Shown: in pieces, positions 15,046-20,000 of the stretch
Position numbering within the stretch: the stretch's first letter is position 1
Layout: every line of letters starts with the position of its first letter
The notes under the pieces: generated by a model
Seen by the model: only the letters and a program-made list of their open reading frames with translations
Told to the model about the DNA's origin: nothing
The model's database searches: none
Virus record (IMG/VR): IMGVR_UViG_3300025168_000065
Length of the DNA stretch: 20,000 bases
Source of the DNA: an uncultured virus (IMG/VR IMGVR_UViG_3300025168_000065)
Taxonomy: Duplodnaviria > Heunggongvirae > Uroviricota > Caudoviricetes > Crassvirales
Strand: one strand, 5' to 3'
Position numbers and translations under genes: made by a program

Positions 15046-16274
15046 TAGAGTATAGAGATTACCAAAAGAATATTATATCAGATGGTGTTGGTATAATAAA
15101 AGAGAATAGGTTTTTATATTTAGCGATGGAGGTAAGAACTGGTAAAACATTAACGAGTTTAGGAATATGTGATAAGCTAAATGTAGATAAAGTTTTATTT
15201 ATAACTAAGAAAAAAGCTATATCAAGTATAAAAAATGATTATAATTTATTACAACCATCTTTTAGTATTGAAATAATAAACTATGAATCATTACATAAGG
15301 TTAGACAGACTGGTTGGGATGTTGTAATATGTGACGAGGCTCATGGTATGGGAGCATTTCCTAAACCAAGTGGCAGATCTAAGAAGGTAAAGAACATTAT
15401 ATTCAGATCTAATCCTTATGTTATATTATTAAGTGGAACTCCTACACCTGAGGCTTACTCTCAAATGTATCATCAAATATATTTTATACCTAACAATCCG
15501 TTTGCTATGTATAAAAACTTTTATCAGTTTGCTAATGATTATGTTGGTGTTGTTAAGAAAAAGATAGGTGGAATGTATATCAATGATTACTCTAAGGGTA
15601 GTAAAAAGATTATAGAAACCATGTCACCTTATACTATTAACTTTAGTCAAAAGGATGCGGGTTTTGTAGTTGACACTACTGAGCATGTGTTAGAGGTAGA
15701 CATTAAAAAATCTACACTGGACCTTATATCTAAGTTAAAAAGAAACTTAGTAGTTGAGGGTGAAAGCGAAGTAATTTTGGCTGATACATCGGTTAAGCTT
15801 ATGACTAAGGTACATCAGATGTGCAGTGGTACTATTAAGTTTGAGAGTGGTAACTCAATGGTGTTAGATCTTAGTAAGGCTGAATTTATAAAGAAGAAGT
15901 TTCACAATAAAAAGATAGGTATATTCTATAAGTTTAAGGAAGAGCTTAATGCTATAAAGGAGGTGTTCGGTGATGATATATGCACAGACTTAGATTGTTT
16001 TAATACTACATCTAAAAACATTGCCCTTCAGATAGTTAGTGGTAGAGAAGGGATATCTTTACGCCAGGCTGATGCATTAGTTTATTACAATATTGACTTT
16101 AGTGCTACATCATATTGGCAGAGTAAAGATAGGATGACTACTAAGGATAGGCTGAAGAATAATATCTATTGGATATTCAGTAAAGGTGGTATTGAGAGGG
16201 ATATTTATAAAGCGGTAATTAAAAAGAAGGACTATACCCTTACTCATTTTAGAAGAAAATTTATAAATTTGTAA
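15042..16274 (+). CDS. SF2 (SNF2-like, DEAH) helicase
   Basis: VRTGKT, NYESL, ICDEAH, LSGTP, SGREGISL and WQSKDR motifs. Confidence 0.9.
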   Translation: MIEYRDYQKNIISDGVGIIKENRFLYLAMEVRTGKTLTSLGICDKLNVDKVLFITKKKAISSIKNDYNLLQPSFSIEIINYESLHKVRQTGWDVVICDEAHGMGAFPKPSGRSKKVKNIIFRSNPYVILLSGTPTPEAYSQMYHQIYFIPNNPFAMYKNFYQFANDYVGVVKKKIGGMYINDYSKGSKKIIETMSPYTINFSQKDAGFVVDTTEHVLEVDIKKSTLDLISKLKRNLVVEGESEVILADTSVKLMTKVHQMCSGTIKFESGNSMVLDLSKAEFIKKKFHNKKIGIFYKFKEELNAIKEVFGDDICTDLDCFNTTSKNIALQIVSGREGISLRQADALVYYNIDFSATSYWQSKDRMTTKDRLKNNIYWIFSKGGIERDIYKAVIKKKDYTLTHFRRKFINL

Positions 16275-16285
16275 AACATAAAACA

Positions 16286-16471
16286 ATGAAAGAAATAGGA
16301 AGTTTAGAAATAACAAGGTACAATTACGATGAGGTAGATGGCGATCCAAAGATTATTATATCTATGGTAAAAGTATTAGATAAAAAAGGAAAGTATATAA
16401 AATTTGCCAAGTTAAAAGAGGTAGAGAAATACCTTTCAAAGTACCCTGTTATATTTAAAGAGATAGGTTAG
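16286..16471 (+). CDS. Small hypothetical protein
   Basis: ORF track; TAAATTTG at 16264-16271 upstream. Confidence 0.7.
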   Translation: MKEIGSLEITRYNYDEVDGDPKIIISMVKVLDKKGKYIKFAKLKEVEKYLSKYPVIFKEIG

Positions 16472-16473
16472 TA

Positions 16474-16719
16474 ATGACCGAACAACAAATACAATCAAAG
16501 AGGATTAAGCAATTGGAGGCGGAAGGATACTATGTTCTTAAGCTAATCAAGACTAATAAGAATGGCATCCCCGACCTCCTTGCAATCCCTCCAAATTGTG
16601 ATGTATTATTTTCAGAAGTAAAAAAACCAACAGGTAAGTTATCAAAATTACAAGAGTATAGACTAAAAGAATTAGATAAACATGGATGTAAAACAGAGGT
16701 ATACAAGGGAGACAGATGA
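16474..16719 (+). CDS. VRR-NUC domain nuclease (Holliday-junction resolvase-like)
   Basis: EQQIQ...GIPDL...FSEVKKPTGKLSKLQ. Confidence 0.88.
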   Translation: MTEQQIQSKRIKQLEAEGYYVLKLIKTNKNGIPDLLAIPPNCDVLFSEVKKPTGKLSKLQEYRLKELDKHGCKTEVYKGDR

Positions 16720-17026
16720 ATATAAAGTAGAAGATGATTTTATTGAAAGCATTCAGCGATTTGATATTAGAACAGGAATTAAGATAGCAAATTACATTAA
16801 TCAAAAATCATTATACATACCTGAAAGTACTTTAGTATCTACCATAATGGGTGGCCTTGTAATCAATGATGATAATGAGCCAGTAACATTTGCAGTAGAA
16901 ATAATAAAAGACTTTTCTCCAAAAATAAAATTAACAGATCTAAAACCTGTAAGCATGGACGAGTATTTAGATTTGTATAACTTAAATTTAAAATCAAATG
17001 GATCACTTAAAAGTAAAAGCAGTTAA
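16682..17026 (+). CDS. Hypothetical protein
   Basis: ORF track. Confidence 0.65.
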   Translation: MDVKQRYTRETDEYKVEDDFIESIQRFDIRTGIKIANYINQKSLYIPESTLVSTIMGGLVINDDNEPVTFAVEIIKDFSPKIKLTDLKPVSMDEYLDLYNLNLKSNGSLKSKSS

Positions 17027-17447
17027 GAATTTAGTGGTGTCCCATACAGGACTAAATTTAGACAGTAGATTTAAAACAGATCCTTTAATAAAAGCAAGAG
17101 CTATTTGTTATAAGATATTAAAGGACGAGTGTAATATGTCTTACACTTACATAGGAAAACAATTTGGTAAGCATCATGCAACAATTATGCATTCACATAG
17201 AGAGTTTAAATGGATGGTGAAGGCTGATAAAGACATGGAGAGAAAGTATAATTTAATTTTAAATTTATACAAAGAAGAGAAAGACCAATACACAGAATTA
17301 ACACCAGTTGAAATAAAAAAAACTTTAAAAGATTTGGCTGAACAAAATAAAATGTTAAATTTGTCTGTGATTAATGTTCAAAAAGAGTTGAAAGAAAGAT
17401 TAATACAGTTAGAAACTAAAATTGATAAACTAATTAGTAGCGTATAA
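16998..17447 (+). CDS. DnaA domain IV-like HTH protein with C-terminal coiled coil
   Basis: IKARAICYKIL...SYTYIGKQFGKHHATIMHS; TAGATTTG promoter-like element at 16968-16975. Confidence 0.78.
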   Translation: MDHLKVKAVKNLVVSHTGLNLDSRFKTDPLIKARAICYKILKDECNMSYTYIGKQFGKHHATIMHSHREFKWMVKADKDMERKYNLILNLYKEEKDQYTELTPVEIKKTLKDLAEQNKMLNLSVINVQKELKERLIQLETKIDKLISSV

Positions 17448-17451
17448 TTAA

Positions 17452-17643
17452 ATGCCAAGAGTAGCACCAGAAGATGTACAAGCAATATCGCATATAAACC
17501 ATACATGTGATAGCATCCACGACTTTGCTGATAACCTATATGAAGACTTGATGGATAGAGAACATGAGTCTATTAAAAAATCAGCCCAAGAACTAATCAA
17601 TCATCTTAATGACTTAATTTATTCCATGTCTGATGAGATATAA
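17452..17643 (+). CDS. Small acidic hypothetical protein
   Basis: ORF track. Confidence 0.7.
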   Translation: MPRVAPEDVQAISHINHTCDSIHDFADNLYEDLMDREHESIKKSAQELINHLNDLIYSMSDEI

Positions 17644-17683
17644 AAAAGAAAGTTGTGTTGTAATATGGCCATCTTAATTTGTT

Positions 17684-18037
17684 ATGGGTTACAAAAGCAA
17701 GGAAGATCAGGCTGTTAACTCTAAAAAACATTATGAAAATAATAAAGAAAAAATTAAACTTAGGTCTGCTAAAAGAAATAAAACTCAACGTAGGTCTAAT
17801 GTTGATTATGTAAAGGATGTAAAAAGAACAACTCCATGTGTAGATTGTGGAGAGTCTAACCCAGTACTGTTAGAGTTTGATCATGTGCGGGGAGAAAAGG
17901 TAAAGTGTATATCTGATATGGTAAGAGGATCTTACAGTATAGAAACTATAAAAGAAGAAATAAAAAAATGTGACGTTAGATGTGCAAATTGTCATAGGTT
18001 AGTAACACATGAAAGAAGAATAGAAAACAAAATATAA
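17684..18037 (+). CDS. HNH endonuclease
   Basis: CVDCG...LEFDHV...KCDVRCANCHRLVTH. Confidence 0.85.
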   Translation: MGYKSKEDQAVNSKKHYENNKEKIKLRSAKRNKTQRRSNVDYVKDVKRTTPCVDCGESNPVLLEFDHVRGEKVKCISDMVRGSYSIETIKEEIKKCDVRCANCHRLVTHERRIENKI

Positions 18038-18291
18038 TGGATGAAATTTTAATGCAAAAGTTAGAAGAGAATGAATGCTTATTAGCCACAGGATATGAGT
18101 CAGCTTTAATAGGAATAACTGAGGGGCCTAATCCTGTAGCTGTATATGATACTGACGAGTGTATAAGATGTTTAATGGAAGAGGATGAAGAAAGGTTGAG
18201 CCAAGAGGATGCCTTAGATTTTTTTTATTTTCAGACTGTCAATGCTTATGTAGGAGAAAAAACACCAATATTTATTAAAAGATATGAATAA
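18037..18291 (+). CDS. Conserved hypothetical phage protein
   Basis: GYESALIG...VAVYD...EDALDFFYF...AYVGEKTPIFI, a pattern common in aquatic phages. Confidence 0.75.
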   Translation: MDEILMQKLEENECLLATGYESALIGITEGPNPVAVYDTDECIRCLMEEDEERLSQEDALDFFYFQTVNAYVGEKTPIFIKRYE

Positions 18292-18667
18292 ACAAATAGC
18301 GAAAGAGTTACATCAGTTTAGTAAAACAATAGCCGAAAGGTTTTCTCGTAAGGACAGAGAGGGAAATGTTTCTCAAGAATCATTCAGTGTAGAAGAGGTT
18401 ATACCAACTTCAGATCATACAGCAGTTATTAATTTTAAAAAGAGTAGCGGAAAGATAGGTGTGGCTTTCTGTTATTATATAGCTAAAGGAATGTCAAAGG
18501 GTTGGAAGTATTTCTTTCCTACTGACTCACATCTTAATGGGTTCCAAGCTTTCTTATATTATAAGTTAGATGCTGAGCGCAGAAACTATGATAAGAATTT
18601 TTTAGTGGAACAGTATAATAGAAATAGAGAAATTAAAGATCAAATTAAATATGAGCATGAAATATAA
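18284..18667 (+). CDS. Hypothetical protein
   Basis: ORF track; overlapping coupling with neighbours. Confidence 0.75.
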   Translation: MNKQIAKELHQFSKTIAERFSRKDREGNVSQESFSVEEVIPTSDHTAVINFKKSSGKIGVAFCYYIAKGMSKGWKYFFPTDSHLNGFQAFLYYKLDAERRNYDKNFLVEQYNRNREIKDQIKYEHEI

Positions 18668-18848
18668 AACAATAAAAAGTGTGCTGAGAAATAATATAGA
18701 AAAGAAGGTTAATGTATTATGGACGTGGGATAAAATTGAAAATAACTTTACTCAAATATATCAGAACTACAATAATGGCCTACGCATATACACGCCAGCA
18801 CAACTATTAGAAGAAATAGAAAGAGAACTTAAGCTGCAAGCTTCTTAG
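18651..18848 (+). CDS. Small hypothetical protein
   Basis: ORF track; last + strand gene, 20-bp convergent overlap. Confidence 0.7.
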   Translation: MSMKYKTIKSVLRNNIEKKVNVLWTWDKIENNFTQIYQNYNNGLRIYTPAQLLEEIERELKLQAS

Positions 18849-19062
18849 CTTTTAATAACTCAGCACACTTTTCATACTCTTCAGTATATGTAAAATATTC
18901 TATAAGGGTATCGTATATATCATCCACCATCACTACCACAGGATTTTCAGGGTTATGCATAAAATATAAAGTATCTTGTTCTTCTAACAATTCATCAACC
19001 GTTTTCTTTCCCATCAGCAACTCATAGCTACTCCTCATACATAAGTCTTCATTGAATTCCAT
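18829..19062 (-). CDS. Small protein with C-terminal UVR-like (EEYEKCAEL) helical motif
   Basis: LIEYFTYTEEYEKCAELL. Confidence 0.7.
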   Translation of the reverse strand: MEFNEDLCMRSSYELLMGKKTVDELLEEQDTLYFMHNPENPVVVMVDDIYDTLIEYFTYTEEYEKCAELLKAKKLAA

Positions 19063-19063
19063 A

Positions 19064-20000
19064 TTATTCCATAGGGTTTTTATATAACATAGGGTCTGTT
19101 TTATCGTTCATTGGATCTTCTGAATTCATAGGATCTCCAGAAATCATAGGATTACTATCTGCTTTTTTCTTTGCTTTTCTTTTACTTTTTTTATTACGTT
19201 TTCTTTCTGCTTCGTTTTGTATTTGATACTCACTGAAGTTAAACAAACGCATAATTACTTTAACTGGATCCTCTCCTCCTTCAATAAGTTGTTCCATATT
19301 TTTAAATATCTTACGAACATTATTTACAGGAAGCCCTGTTATTTGAGATGTCTCTGCTAAAGCTTTATACAAAGCCTCTTGTTTTTTCTTAGGATCTTTA
19401 GTGTCCCTATATCTTGCAAACCTTTGGAAAATTTCTTCTCCCTGTGTTAGAATAGGAAGGTTTTTAAACTTTAAAAAACTTTGTGGCTTACCAATAATAA
19501 GGTCTTTTATTTTAACAGCAAACTCTCCATAAATAAATAAAGCGTTTATATTTCCAAGTATAGCAGCCATACCTAAATCTTTTGCGTCCTCATCTTCCCA
19601 GTCAGCTAACAAACCTGGCATTCCATTTGCTACAAACTGAAAGAATACAGGCATAATTACATGGTAAGTTAAAAATATACGACCAGCATCTGTCTTTGTT
19701 CCCTTACCTGACTTACCTCCTGACGACATAAGCCTGTACATATTTCGTAAAGCATAAACTTCTTTTCTTAAGTATTGCTTAGGAGTAGTTAAGAACATAT
19801 TAAGTGCTCTAAATATTGGACCTTTAGTTTGATAGTAGTCTCTATCTTGTAAGTCAGTAGACTGCTGAGATCTTTTAGTGTCTCTTTCAAATTTAACAAT
19901 AGCCTCATCAATTGCTTCCTGTTCTGTCTTACCAGCTTCTAATGCTTTGTTTTTATAGTACACATAGTTAGGAACTCCTCCTAAATAAATTGCACCTCTA
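19064..20000 (-). CDS. C-terminus of a large protein, possibly a virion-injected/large polyvalent-type protein (partial)
   Basis: Frame stays open to the window edge (RGAIYLGGVPNYVYYKNK...); helical with hydrophobic segments; function is inferred. Confidence 0.6.
   Translation of the reverse strand, partial: RGAIYLGGVPNYVYYKNKALEAGKTEQEAIDEAIVKFERDTKRSQQSTDLQDRDYYQTKGPIFRALNMFLTTPKQYLRKEVYALRNMYRLMSSGGKSGKGTKTDAGRIFLTYHVIMPVFFQFVANGMPGLLADWEDEDAKDLGMAAILGNINALFIYGEFAVKIKDLIIGKPQSFLKFKNLPILTQGEEIFQRFARYRDTKDPKKKQEALYKALAETSQITGLPVNNVRKIFKNMEQLIEGGEDPVKVIMRLFNFSEYQIQNEAERKRNKKSKRKAKKKADSNPMISGDPMNSEDPMNDKTDPMLYKNPME

Noticed and set aside
7158..17788. Minus-strand ORFs 7158, 8207, 9133, 10576, 11335, 11894, 12000, 16110, 16553 and 17606
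   Set aside because: All lie antisense to well-supported + strand genes and show no recognisable motifs.
1..20000. Stop-codon reassignment
   Set aside because: Long genes are intact under code 11, and TAA, TAG and TGA all act as stops at tight gene junctions.

Overview
AT-rich segment of a tailed dsDNA phage, most likely infecting Bacteroidota (Flavobacteriia-like). The host call rests on many TAnnTTTG (-7) promoters, A/T-rich leaders without Shine-Dalgarno sequences, and a BT4734/VirE-N primase. The left arm (1-5690, mostly minus strand) carries virion-type genes, several very basic small proteins, a wHTH gene and phage groEL-groES. After a non-coding strand-switch region (5690-6200), a plus-strand arm has small early-type genes, then recombination and replication genes: DUF1599, two DnaA-domain-IV-like proteins, Sak SSAP, PD-(D/E)XK exonuclease, SSB, primase-helicase, SF2 helicase, VRR-NUC and HNH. 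The window ends in the C-terminus of a large minus-strand gene. The most notable feature is the early region. Two type I hammerhead ribozymes with identical stem I bracket one small gene, each followed by a conserved alternative hairpin. A second repeated two-hairpin RNA motif and a shared ACACAC translation leader separate the other cassettes. Two ATGAC-repeat/AT-rich loci look like replication origins. All protein calls are by motif recognition only; no searches were run.
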